Shown here piece by piece: positions 42,098 to 56,569 of a DNA stretch of 64,000 nt. The DNA comes from Octopus vulgaris. Its lineage: Eukaryota. Made by a program: the position numbers and the translations under genes. The stretch's first letter is position 1. Each line of letters starts with the position of its first letter. The DNA lies in assembly GCA_951406725.2 (NCBI GenBank), contig OX597825.1:51460001-51524000 (forward strand), given 5' to 3'. The notes beneath the pieces are model-generated. The model was not told the origin of the DNA, did not search any database, and worked only from the letters and a program-made list of their open reading frames with translations.

Positions 42098-42921
42098 TTA
42101 TACATACAGGCAATTGACTAGGCATTCATAAATAATTATGGAAAATGGTTCTGTTACTAGACATCTAAGAAAAACGACGGTATTGATATTTATCACAATG
42201 TAGTTACTATGACAAGAAGCATGCAAACAATAGTATAAACATTTTAAACATTTGTAAACATATTCTCTGCTGTTTCTTAGCTGCATACAGTAATATATCA
42301 TTATCTACAATGATACTTCTTCAAACAGACACTGATGTCCATATAAGCGGATATCTTTGAAAAGTATAAACTATGAAACACAAGGGATGACTTGATATTG
42401 TTAGAGAATAACAAAAGAAAATATTAATTAAAATATAAATCTCACAGTTGCAATCATGTGACCTATCAGTGTCTTTCTTTCCCTTTCTGATTTTAAACAA
42501 GCTACTTCTTTCGTGAAAAACTATACATCTTTCCTAACATAGTATCTATTAGTACATACGCTATGGTTTATAGGATAGAATTATTGTGAGAGGCTTTACT
42601 TCAACACAATCCTCATAATACATCTAAACATAAAGCACGGAATTCGTGACTCCAATAATCTGATATCAATGAAGCTCCTTATGAAAACAGAAACTACAAT
42701 TGTGTTGTTGCTAAGCACGTGCTCAAATGGTAAGCTATAGGTTTTTAATGAAAATATTTCTTCGGACCAACACTAATTATTCCCACATAAACAGAATTTA
42801 AGCATTCATATTCTGAGTGATGGAAACTATAATTATTTTCACACACACACACACGCACACACACCACACACAAGCGTGCGTGTGCATGACACCACGTGTG
42901 ATTGAATCTGCATGCGCGCGC

Positions 42922-42966
<45 letters not shown>

Positions 42967-43429
42967 ATGTGTGTTTCTGTTTGTGTTTATATCATTTTAT
43001 TATATCATATTTCATGGCAAATTAATGTTACTTATTGGAAATATAGAGGCAATTAAACGTATTATTTTCAAGACTAACATAGTCATTACCCTCATTCTTC
43101 TTCTTCTTTTCTTTCTTTTTCTTAATAATAGTGGTGGTGTCATCATTAACATTATTATTTTTATTCCCAACAATATTATTGTTCCAATGTGAGTGCGCGC
43201 GCACATCGTGATGTGTCCTTAAGCAAGAAACTTAACTTTCTTTGCCCCAAATCTCTCTTCAATCAAATAAATGATTTCTTCCTATTAGTCATCTTGCTCT
43301 TCATATTGTTGTTGGTTTTGTGCTGTTGGCAACACTATTGTTGTTACTGTTGTTGCCTATATTGTTGCGATTGGTATTGTTTATTAGAACTGTTGTTGCT
43401 TTCAATATGAGGAGATTTTTCTCATTGAT

Positions 43430-43441
43430 TGTGTGTGCGTG

Positions 43442-43479
<38 letters not shown>

Positions 43480-43662
43480 CGTGTGTATACAGATATATAT
43501 ATATAATTATACACGCATACATATATATGCATATAAATACATACACACATATATGTACGTATACATGTATATATGCATGTATGTATATATTTATATATAT
43601 ATATACATACATATATATATATGTATTTATATATGCATATGTATATGTATATATATATATAC

Positions 43663-43697
<35 letters not shown>

Positions 43698-43792
43698 CAT
43701 ATACATATGTATATGCACGCAAATACACACATAAACACATGTACCCCCCACACATGCATATGCAGAGACACACGCATATACACACACACACT
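43430..43792. repeat. Compound (TA)/(TG)/(CA) microsatellite
   Basis: Direct reading. Confidence 0.95.
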
Positions 43793-45249
43793 TCGACCAT
43801 TGTTGTGATGAACTTAACAATTATGTTCATTAATATATGAAGAATATATTCGCCTCTATATTCACTTCCCGTCGCCGTAGGTGTGTACACACATCGTTGT
43901 TGACTATTGATTCATTGATATAGTTCTGCCAATGCTTTTTCAACGAACTACATATTGTACTCTTCGTCATACACTTTTCTTGTACTCTTTCTTTACCTAA
44001 ACTTCTTGTAAATCATTAAGTATTTGCAAAAGCGTTTATTTGTTTCCCTCATCAAAGCTATTGTATCAAATTACTCTGGTAATTGTCCTCGCTTACATAT
44101 CGATATCATAATCTGTTTACCGATTCCTAAAAGTTTGTGTTAAAAATATTTTTTCTTCTAAACATTTATTTCCCTCTCCTTTCCTGATATTTCTTTAATC
44201 CCGTGGACTAGGAAATTATTGCTATTCACAATCCTTTTATTTAATCACCTTTTTTTCACAATCCTTCCGGATTTTTTTTTTTTTTTTAGTTTGTCTTCTG
44301 TTAATCTCATTAGTTATTCCTCGTTTCAGCTGCTTCAATCATCTTTATTCTATATTTCATTAAAATCGAAATCTTCCAGTACAGTTCTTTTATCAATTCT
44401 TTGTTAACTATGTTATTTCTATCATTACTTTATTAATCATTATTTCAAAAATAATTGATCTTTGTTTCGAAAATTATAAATAGCAATATTTTGGGGAAAT
44501 TTTTTATACCTATGATCAACATCGATAAATAATACCCAGGACAAAAACTGCCATGTGAATGAACTGAAATACTTACATATCCAAGAATGGTTGTTTTCTG
44601 GAATAAATAGCCTGTCGCTTTGTCCACAGAAGTTACTCTGCTTCATTCTAGTTGCACCAGTCACAAGTATAAACTTCGACGAAATGTTTTAATTCGAAAT
44701 AAAAAAAAAACGTTGTCAATCTTTCGTTATTCACCCAACAACAGGATTGTCATTTGCAGTGTCGAAAATCAGTAAGCTACTATCATAGAAAATTATATCA
44801 GAATTTTTCTTTGGAAAAGCTGTTTATTTATATGCTAATGTTCCATAGCATTTTTCAGTGAGTCATTTTCTAAAAGAAGCGCTGTTATATCTGTACCACA
44901 AAACTTTTTTCGTTGAAACTGTTGGTATGAAGAGGTCGTCGTACGAAGGAAACCTATGCCTCTTCGAGTATAATTTGTAGTTAGTGTAGGCATTTCTCAT
45001 GAATAAGTTTCATTTTTTATTATTATTATTAGATTCGTCTCAACAGAGCCTACTAACAATCTCATGTAGTTATATGTCACTAGAGAGTCGGGTTAAAAAG
45101 CTTTGTCAGGTAAGCTTACATAGGCGACCGATTGACAAAATAAATTGGTATCAGAAATTTACGATGAAATATTATATCCTAAACACATTGAAGGGAAAAA
45201 TCAAATTTGACATGGGTTGAGGGGAGCGCCATGAAACTGGCAGAGGCAC

Positions 45250-46430
45250 TAGGAGCGAATGCAAAATACCATAGGTTGCATCGTAAGTAAAAACGGGAGT
45301 CGCAAATTGCATCATCATTCTATCTTTATCAGTCATAGGCTGCCAAACTTAAGGTTTTCGGGAAATTTCACGTTCTAGATCATCTAGTTATATGAGCCCA
45401 CATGTAAAGGTGGATAATAAGGTGGATGAATTAATTAGGACCTGGATGAAGTGCTAGCTCATAAATTCACATACACTGTCATGATGAGAGAATGCAATAT
45501 AAAGTGGAGAAACATGTCGGAAATTTTGGATTTGCAAAGATAAATAAAAGTGGAGAAATGTTAATTAGCATGGTAAATATAAAAGAAATTTACACCGACA
45601 AAAGACTGTTTGGAAAATATCTGGAAAAAGTTGGGCCCGAGTAACACCAAAAGCTCAGCACAGTAATTAAATTAATTACACTATGATTGACAAACGATGC
45701 ATAATAAAGCATCATCCAGCACATCGCTTTCTGCAGACAAGCTCGTCATCGTTGTGATAAGACAGAAAAAGTTATACACATCTCGATGAAGATCTAACAT
45801 ACAAATTCTATATAAAGCAGTTGCAGGATGCTATTAGAAATGAAGTCCGAAGGCATCTTAAAGAAATTAATGACGATAATGATTCATTGGTCCAGAAAAT
45901 GAAAGCCTAGTGTGTAATTCAACAACAGTAAATGTGTGTGAACGAACGGAATGATATCAGAAGAACAGAAAATCGCAATGCGAAGAGGCGGGAAGATCAA
46001 CTTGAGTATTACGTTCTCAGCAAGAAAGAAAGACATCTGGAAATTATAGACTGAAGAAGCTTATGCGGTTGAAAATGTGAGGAAATATCGAAAGTGACAT
46101 GTGACAGATATGGCACTAAATAAACTGGACATGAGGACTCACATGTATATAAACGGTCACATAGTAGGGGACAAAAAAATGAAGTAGATGAGGTCTCTGG
46201 AAGTTTCACATTAAGGAACGGTATTCAGCCCTCTGCCATCACAATCATGGAAGGACAGGTTCTTCTTCTGGTCTGTGAAATAGAGAATGATTTAAATCTG
46301 ATGAAATGACATACAACTCCAAGGGAAGATATCATAACAGAAGTGTTCAGGAGTGGTGGAGAACAGCTGACTGCTAAAGAAATATTTGAAATTCTGTTTT
46401 CATTCCCGTTATCACAACTTTCACGAACGA
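45250..46430 (+). mobile_element. Decayed RTE-like LINE (APE end and linker)
   Basis: VGNFGFAKINKSGEMLISM (GxFG...NxxGExL motif) and EIENDLNLMK*HTTPREDIITEVFRSGGEQL (KAPGEDxITAEL..GG motif). Confidence 0.6.
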
Positions 46431-47014
46431 CTTATCAGTCATATGTTGTCGATATTTCTTGCAAGTGGGCAACGTACACATATCAGTATGTATATATATA
46501 TATATGTATATATATCAGAGTATGCATGTGTATATATGGCAAGCTTACACGCATATCTAATCGCTATGCTTGAACACGTGTAAATATTGATAAGTTTCTC
46601 TGTATTGATTCGTTTCCGTGCATTGAAAAGTTTCTGTGTATTGATATAGTTCTGTGTACATGCACGAAAAACAAAAGGTTCTTGTTTCATATAGAATCAC
46701 AGGATTCCTCAAAAATTATATTCCAATTTCAGATGTCGGATTCTTAACCAGTTTTAAAGAATTCTCTTTATACCCAGTGAGCAACATGATAGAACAATGC
46801 AACATGGGATATCCTAAATATTGTAGAGATAACATATATATTGGACAGGGAACATTCGTGAGCTCGCTATTATGCAGATTAGCTGCTGTTCAATCTGAAG
46901 TTACCCTTTAGCAATTTTGCATATTATCCTCGGACAATTGGTTCAGTGGCATCTCAACCAAGTACTTAAATCTGAGAGGGTGTTCCATCCATTCGATCCT
47001 TTAGGCTTCTTTAT

Positions 47015-47410
47015 TACTATTTTACTCTTTTACTTGTTTCAGTCATTTGACTGTAGCCATGCTGGAGCACCGCCTTTAGTCGAGCAAATCTATCTCAGAC
47101 TTATTCTTTGTAAGCCTAGTACTTATTCTATCAGTCTCTTTTGCCGAACCACTAAGTTACGGGGACGTAAACGCACCAGCATCCGTTGTCAAGCAATGTT
47201 GGGGACACACACACACAAACATACACACACACATACATATATATATACGACGGGCTTCTTTCAGTTTCCGTCTACCAAATCCACTCACAAAGCTTTGGTC
47301 GGTGCGAGGCTATAGTAGAAGACACTTGCCCAAGGGCCACGTAGAGGGACTGAAGCCGGAACCATGTGGTTGGTAAGCAAGCTACTTATCACACAGCCAC
47401 TCCTACGCCT
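47015..47410 (-). mobile_element. Full-length SINE, same family as 35276-35700
   Basis: The reverse complement aligns over the whole length; head AGGCGTAGGAGTGGCTGTGTGATAAG. Confidence 0.9.
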
Positions 47411-47789
47411 ATTGTTAAAAATTTTCTGATTTATAGAAAAGGGTAGAGTATAAACCTGAAATATACATACTTTACCAGTCGTAAAATTACTTCAAATTCT
47501 AATTTCCAAGTTATTAATGATTCTTTCTAGTTTGAGAAGCTCACCTTCAGGCAGTTAGCTACATGAACAATGACCAGTATTTATAATTATATAATCTATA
47601 ATTACAGTTATAAATTATATAAATCTATAGTCCTGTTGTAGTGTCTGCAGATTTCTCTTTAATTCAGTATAGACATTGGTCGATTACATATGTGCCCAAT
47701 ATAATGTGAAAGGCTATTACCATGTACACCTTTATCTCTGTTTTATATCAATGTTCTATATTCTGCAGAAGTCTTGATCTAAGCACACG

Positions 47790-47848
<59 letters not shown>

Positions 47849-49280
47849 TCAGTACCGAATTAAAAAAGCAGGTCTAGTGTTGTTTGTTTGCTAGTTTGCT
47901 GCTGTATAGTGCTTAGAGGACAACTTCCTCATTACGATGGGTAAACCTGAAAGTCATAGACAGGTAACAAGCTCTCCTCTGGCGAAATTGAGGAGTGATG
48001 GATACTGATATTTCTACATTTTTGTGGCTTTTGAATAACGTACATAAATTGAACTAGGGCCGAATCGAATCACCGATCTACGATCATATATATATGATAT
48101 AAAACTATTTACTGATGAACAGAAATAGTCATTCAAGCAAAAATGAAAAATGAAAGCTAGAAACTGGTTAATTTTAATACAGAGGAAGGTGTAACTACTA
48201 ATGTAAATTGTTTTTCTTGCTAGTAAAGACTGGTTTGAACAGATTTAGTGACGCCTTCTCTTGCACGTTTAAACGACCAGTGATATTACTATCGTTGACA
48301 TTGAGGCTGCTGGTAATTATCCTAAGGATCTAAAATCATTGCTAAAATGTTATACATTCTAAAATATATGTACACTGTTGGTATATCTGAGCTTTTTTGG
48401 TAGGTCTTTCAGTTGTAAAAAAAGATCCTGCCCAATCCTCTAATACTGTTGGTGGGGTGAAAAGAATGTGAACCCTTATTTACACACCATTCTCGAACTT
48501 AAAGGACTTGAAGGTTTAAGTTTAATCTGTATTGATATTCAAATACCAATGATTGGACGACTATAAGACTTTCCAAAACTTGAAAAGAAATGGCCAGGCA
48601 TAATATTTCTAACAAAGGTTTGTCCTTTTTAGAAAAGGCATTAAGTAACCCAGTGAATTTAGATTACCCTGTAATGTAAGGATGGAATGTATTCTCACGA
48701 GTACAGCTTATTTGCTAATGCCAATGGATCAAGGGATAATAGCTAACTTCAGATATATTATTTTTGCACTATCTATATATATAGTTATAGACTAGCTATT
48801 CGATTGGTCCCCGGTTCGATTCAGGTATGCAAAGTTGATAATCCACTAAAATGGTGAAATGTCAGTATCCATCATTCTGGAATATCTCGCTTGGCTATAG
48901 CTCTCAGGTATTTTAATACCCAACATAATGAGGGAGTTGTCCCCTTGGCTTTATGAGGCAGCGAACAGGCGAACAAACAAAGCACATATACCGTGTATGT
49001 GCTGTCAGTAATACACACATACACATACACACAGAATTTACTGTTCCGTTATTGTAGAATAAAACAGAATAGTAAACAATCCACCGAGGAATAAGCATCA
49101 TTTAATATATACGAGATTTAAATATTTAAGAGCAAAAAGCAATTAGATTGATGTGTTTGAAAGGGAAATGCCCGGACAAGTATATGTGTTTTCCTGTAAG
49201 TACAGGGTACCCTGTAAAAGTGTCTTCGACTATTATATTTGCAAGGTATGAAACTAATAGCAGCTCTCTTTTAAAATTTT

Positions 49281-49424
<144 letters not shown>

Positions 49425-49425
<1 letters not shown>

Positions 49426-52352
49426 ATTTAGAATTATAAAAATATACAAAGTGTAAAGATACTGAAAATTCAGTATACAACACGTGGCAAAATTGTGAGT
49501 TGAAAATATGTGGAAAAAAATATAAAAAGTGGAAGAGAAATGCCTTCATTTCATATAGTTTAATATCTTTTTATAAATATATACATATTGTATGAATGTC
49601 GTGAAATCCAACCGGTTTTCGCTATTTAAAATGCTTTTCAAGGGACACTGTACAGTAATCAGTTCTCGTGACTGAAGGGTCTCGTCATTTTGGATGTTTG
49701 AAGAATAAGAAAAATGAGTCTAGAAAGTAAACCAAGAGAAGCAACAGGTGGCAAGGGGGGACAACTGGCTCCTTAGAATATATTTTTAAAATGGTCAAAT
49801 TTGTATATTGAGGTGCGGTCTGTACTTTTGCATGAACAGGTTTTCCTTGTTTAGGCATTCTTGTACTGAGATTGAATATTTGCATTGGTATGATGGGAAG
49901 ATTTGAAAATTCGGCGTTTTATTACTTGCGCACCTGTCGATATGTCTGTTCAGTGTCATCTGCCTGTATTGAGGGAAACGAATCTGTTCTTTATGCAGCG
50001 TGACTCTGCGTCTCAAAGGAAGGCTCGTTTGGCCCACATAATTGTGACCACAATCTGAGCAGGTTAGGACAGAGATAGGTTTCTGGAAAGCACATGTGAA
50101 GTTGGTCTTAATTGAGAATTTTTCTGCTTGCTGTCATGTGAATTCCGAGTCTTCAGTTAGGTACGAGCATGTACCACAATTAGGTCGTCGGCATTTTTAA
50201 CTGTTGGTATCATTTGTATTGAGTATAGTTTTGCATTTGTTAGGAGTCTTTTGAGTGATTTGTCTTCTCATTTGCATTTTAGTAGTTTGTGTGTATTTAG
50301 GATGCTATTCATTTTCGAGTCTTGAGTGAACAGGGGGAGATTTTGTATAATTGCGTTGTATGCTTCATTGTTTCTGGGATTGTGGGTTGATATGTGTGGG
50401 AATGATTTAAGGTGAGGTGTTTTGTTTTGTTTAGGTTTCTTCAGTGTGTTTGTGTCCACTTTCTTGGCATGTTTAATTCCATGTTCTATAAGTGTAGATG
50501 GGTAGTATTGTTCAATGAGTGCTATTTTGAGTTCTTGTAGGCGAAGTTCCCGAGTGGCTGTGTCAGATACAATTGTGCAGATCCTTTTTGCTAGAATCAA
50601 TGGGATATTTATTTTGGTGTGTTTAGAATGGCATGAACTGAAAAGGAGATACTGTTTTGAGAATGTTGGTTTGTAGTACATGTCGCTTGCAATTTCGTTG
50701 TTGGACTTTTTAAAAGTCAAAATGTCCAGAAATGGGAGGTGTTCCTTGCTATATTCTATAGTAAATAGGATGTTGGGTGTTTATATTGTCCAGAGTGGAT
50801 TTGAAATCCAGGAGTGTATCATAGGTTTCACTCTAGATGATAAAACGATCGTCTAGGTACCTTTTCGACTTCTCTTTTATATACTGATTGAATGGGGTTC
50901 CAAACCTTTTGAGCGAAAGTTCATATAGGGTAGATTCAAAGAACCCCATTATTAGGTTCGCAAGGACAGGTGCTGCTTTCGTTCCTATCGCAATACCGCA
51001 TTGTTGGCGGTAGTATTTTGTATCGAATAGGAAGTAAGTGTTTTGTAGGATTAATTTCAGGGATTCAATGACAAAAGTCTGGTATATGCGGTCCGGGTAG
51101 AACTTCGGGGTATTTTTCTAACCAGAATTTTATTGCTTCTATTCCGTAGTCATGTGGAATGTTAGTGTAGAGGTTAATGACATCGAAGGAGACTAATAGA
51201 GCTCCTTCGTTGGTGGTTTTTGGTAGATGCATGTCCAGATCGTCTCTAATGAAACTTTTAATGTATTTGAGGAAAGGTTTCAATAGTATGTCCAGAAAGA
51301 TGGTTAGGCAATACATCTATGGCTCATAGATGTATTGCAGGTATACAGAGCAACCTGTTCTTACTTGAGAGTATTGTTACTTATTAACACAGACCTGGAT
51401 TTGACTTGCAGGCATTTGTAATTATTTGACTCTTGTGGATTTTGAGGAGGCTATAGAAAAGGCTTGGTTTGAAGTTTCTGATGTAGTCTTTTCCTTTTTC
51501 TGTCAGGCCTTTTCCATGTTTGAGGATTAAAGTTGCAAGATTTTAAAAAGGTTTTTGCTGCCTATAATTTGCAAATTTTTCATAAAAGGAGTCATTTTCT
51601 AGCATGGACAATGCTAGGGCTTTATAGTATTCTGTGTCCATCATTACTCTGCTTCTTCGATTGTCAGGTCTTTGTCGTTTTTTAGCTATAGTAGGTACTT
51701 CCATTGTATGTTGTTGAAATTAGGTACAATACTTGGTTTATAGATAGTGTGAGGAAAATTCTGGATACGGTTGCAGAAGTCGTCTAGCGTTATGTTCCTT
51801 CCTTTGAGTGGTAGATAATTACTTTTGTTTCTCACTAGTGATTCATCATCGTTGCTGTAGTTGGTTAGTACTTCTGTCAATCGAGGTTTTCTACAGAATT
51901 ATACTATATTATCTTTAATTGCATTGGCGTTGGGTCTACGTGGAGTGGGTGCAAATTTTAAACCTTTAGCTAAAAAATGAATAATGCAAAGATTCAATCT
52001 CAGTACAAGAACGTTTAAACAAGGAAAACCTGTTCATTCAAAAGTATAGACCACACCTCAATATACAAATTTGACCATTTTAAAAATTATACTAAGGAGC
52101 TAGTTATCCCCCATGCTTCATGTTGCTTCTCTTGGTTTATTCTCTAGACTCATTTTTCTTATTCTTCAAACATCCAAAATGACGAGACCCTTCAGTCATG
52201 AAAACTGATTAGTGTACAATGTCCCTTGAAAAGCAATTTAGTTAGCGAAAACTGGTTGGATTTCACGACCTCCATATAATATGTATATATTTATAAAAAG
52301 ATATTAAACTATATGAAACGAAGGCATTTCTCTTCCACTCTTTATATTCCCC
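49425..52352 (-). mobile_element. Penelope-like (Neptune-type) element with RT and GIY-YIG, pseudogenised, with a ~370-bp inverted pLTR
   Basis: LAKGLKFAPTP, FYSLLKIHKS, VSFDVINLYTNIP, GIAIGTKAAPVLANL, RYLDD, LPFLDI, YYKPT, CRRPNCGTC, CSDCGHNYVGQT. Arms 49519-49886 and 51983-52349 are inverted. Confidence 0.92.
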
Positions 52353-52392
52353 ACACACACATGCATATATATGTATGTATTATATATATATG

Positions 52393-52453
<61 letters not shown>

Positions 52454-53649
52454 GTATGTGTGTACGCGTGTGTGTGCGTGCGTTCCTAGTTCGTGTGTGT
52501 GTATGTGTATAAAGTATTTATTATTCATATTATCAGTATGGCTCATAGATGTATTGCAGGTTTACAGAACAGCCTGTCCTTACTTGAAAGTATTCTTACT
52601 TATTAACATAGACCAAGCGATCTTCTTATCGTTTTACATTTGCGGACAGACAAAATCCTTTACTTTTATCCCAACAGCATATCCAAGATGTGACAGCTGG
52701 GAGACAGAAATTTGCACCAGCACCTGCTGTTATATTAATTTTCTGCTATGTAGGTAAGAATGCTGCCAAATAAATTGTACAACACACAGTCTGGTCAATA
52801 CATTGAGCATATACATTATGATAAGAGCTTGAATATCCAATCATTACGCCATACGCAATTTATTCTGTGCTGGTAAAGCTGCAAAAAACTATCACCTGAT
52901 TTTTACATTTGAGTGTTAAGAATGTTCACAATTTCTAGACATGGCAGGTTGCAGTTAGATGGATATGGATGCTTTATCTCCGGAGCCTGTTCAGACCACA
53001 AAGTGAGATGCTATTACAAGGGCTTTGGCCGCTGAATGGGAGAATATTAGAGAACGTAAATGCGGTGGTAGACTTGGCTACGTAAGGTAGAAGTTTTAGG
53101 GAAAATTGAGTGTTGTTAAAGATTACAATGAAGTTATATATGTTATTGCAATATATAGCTGTAGCCTTAATAGCTAATAACTTGTATAATAGACTATATA
53201 TTTCTTAGCATGTATTATTTTGGTATGCCTGTGCATATATGTGTGTGCCTTAAATTTATATATATGTCTCTACATGACCAACATGTCTTTCCAATTTTTG
53301 AATATCCTGTTCTTTTCTGTTTTTGCATTTCCCTCGATCCTTTGTTAGCTACGGCATTTAGAGTTTTATGAATATAATCTGCACAGTATTAATGCATTCA
53401 TATTTTCAAACTTTACTTGTAAGTAGCTGACAGTTTGGGTTAAAAGAATTCTGGGCACAAAACTACAAATGTACTTCTGTGCGTATGTATGAATATTATA
53501 TAGATAGATAATTGTTTTCATACTATTAGCATTTATACAGGAATGTATTTTGTCTTTCTAACCCGAATTTTTGTCGTATGTTTTTGTGTGCAAGCTGACA
53601 ACTAGAACGGAAAGATAAAAAAGAAAAAAACCTATATCCTCGTAGCGAC

Positions 53650-53846
53650 CAAAGCTGATCAAGTGCTTTGCGGCATTTCGTCGGTCTTTATGTCTTGCGT
53701 TGAGATTCCGTTAAGGTCGACTTTGCTTTTCATCATTTCGAGATCAATGACATAAGTACCAGTCAAGTACTGAGATCGATGATATCGATTTACCCCTCTC
53801 TTGAAACTACTGGACTTGTGCCAAAATCTGAAGCCATTATTATTAT
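53650..53846 (+). mobile_element. SINE, second family, with (ATT)n tail
   Basis: GCGGCATTTCGTCGGTCTTTA...GGTCGACTTTGC...TAAGTACCAGT...TTGTGCCAAAATCTGAAGCC(ATT)n. Confidence 0.75.
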
Positions 53847-53877
53847 AAATATTTTGTTTTTGTTGTTGTTGCTGTTG

Positions 53878-53913
<36 letters not shown>

Positions 53914-53915
<2 letters not shown>

Positions 53916-54110
53916 TTATGTTTGACTTTCGCTTTACATTTGTACAAGTTGGCTCCAAGTCTCACCCAGAGATCTCAAGAGATAACAAGTTGGAAGTTCA
54001 TGTTGGTGTTATGCCTAGGGTGCCATATATTTGGTTCTGTACATAGTCTTGTTCGAGAGAATGTTTAAGAAACCATAAAAAATCATGCTCGTTTTAAAAC
54101 TTGAGATTAC
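53914..54110 (-). mobile_element. Probable 3' UTR fragment of a (TAA)n-inserting retroelement
   Basis: Unique sequence bounded on both sides by (ATT)n within the Dong array; no ORF. Confidence 0.45.
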
Positions 54111-54134
54111 ATTATTATTATTATTATTATTATT

Positions 54135-54677
54135 GAGTAAGAGAGCAGTGCATGCCATCAAAGTGAATGGGGTAAAATATACGAAGCCCAATATACCCAT
54201 CATGACTACCCGTCTGATAAGGGTACACCAGGCACATGCATCACAACCATATGTGCGCGACATGGTGATCTCATATCAAGATAAACAGCACATGACCTTG
54301 CAGGTGGGGCCCAGTTAGAATTTTCTTCAGGTTGAGTAGCCCATCCCGCTCAAAAGGTTCCTGAATAAGGGTTGTTTAAGGATGTTGAAAGAACCACCCA
54401 TGTTTCCAGAGGTGAATTATTCAAACCCCAAAGAATCCCTCTCAACACATGGCTATGATGCTCCCCCACTACTTCTGCTCGTGATCAGAGATGCACATAT
54501 CGTCAGCCACTAAGGGACATGCTCAACTGGTTAAGGTCAAACAAGTGACAAGCAAATCTGTGGTATTGAGCAGAATATTTGCTGTAGCCCATCTTTTATA
54601 CCAAGACAAAACAATGTACATGATAACACTTCCAATCAGTTAAGATCAGAAGCCATGAGAGCCACTGCCTGGTACTG

Positions 54678-54680
<3 letters not shown>
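54135..54680. mobile_element. 546-bp non-coding element embedded in (TAA)n
   Basis: Sharp boundaries with perfect (ATT)n on both sides; higher GC than the surroundings; no convincing ORF. Confidence 0.55.
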
Positions 54681-56021
<1,341 letters not shown>

Positions 56022-56443
56022 CAGTAGTTTTATTTTTATAGCGTGCTTTCACTTCACTACCGAGCACAGCTCTGTGTGCCTTGGGTATGTGCTGTGATTT
56101 GTTGTGATGCTCTGATGGTTATTGTATGGAAAGTGTTCTGCGTAGGATGTGTGCAGTGCCTAGTAGTGCAATTTTCTGTATGTTATATGTGTTTGTAAGT
56201 CCTGGTGTTTTTGTTATGTATTTGTCTGAATATTTTTTTATCATGCTTAATGCACCTACTATGATAGGAATTGTTTCTGTTTACAGATTCCACATTCTAG
56301 TTACCTCTATTTCCAGGTCTTTGTATTTTGAGAGTTTCTCCATTTCTTTTAGAGACACGTTGTCATCAGCCGGTATTGATACATCAATTAGAAAGCATTT
56401 TTTTTCTTCATGATCTCTGACAATTATATCTGGTCTGTTGGCC
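56022..56443 (-). mobile_element. 5'-truncated R4/Dong-like element (RLE C-terminus plus complete 3' UTR)
   Basis: ANRPDIIVRDHEEKKCFLIDVSIP...EKLSKYKDL...QKIALLGTAHILRRTLSIQ* (PD-x-D restriction-like endonuclease); same family as 54748-55415. Confidence 0.9.
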
Positions 56444-56552
<109 letters not shown>

Positions 56553-56569
56553 CGTTGTTGTTGTTATCG

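Noticed and set aside
48350-48900. Possible I/Nimb-type LINE fragment on the minus strand
   Set aside because: Too degraded to support.
54460-54512. CUGACGA on the minus strand of the 546-bp element
   Set aside because: No GAAA or closing stems; cannot fold as a hammerhead.
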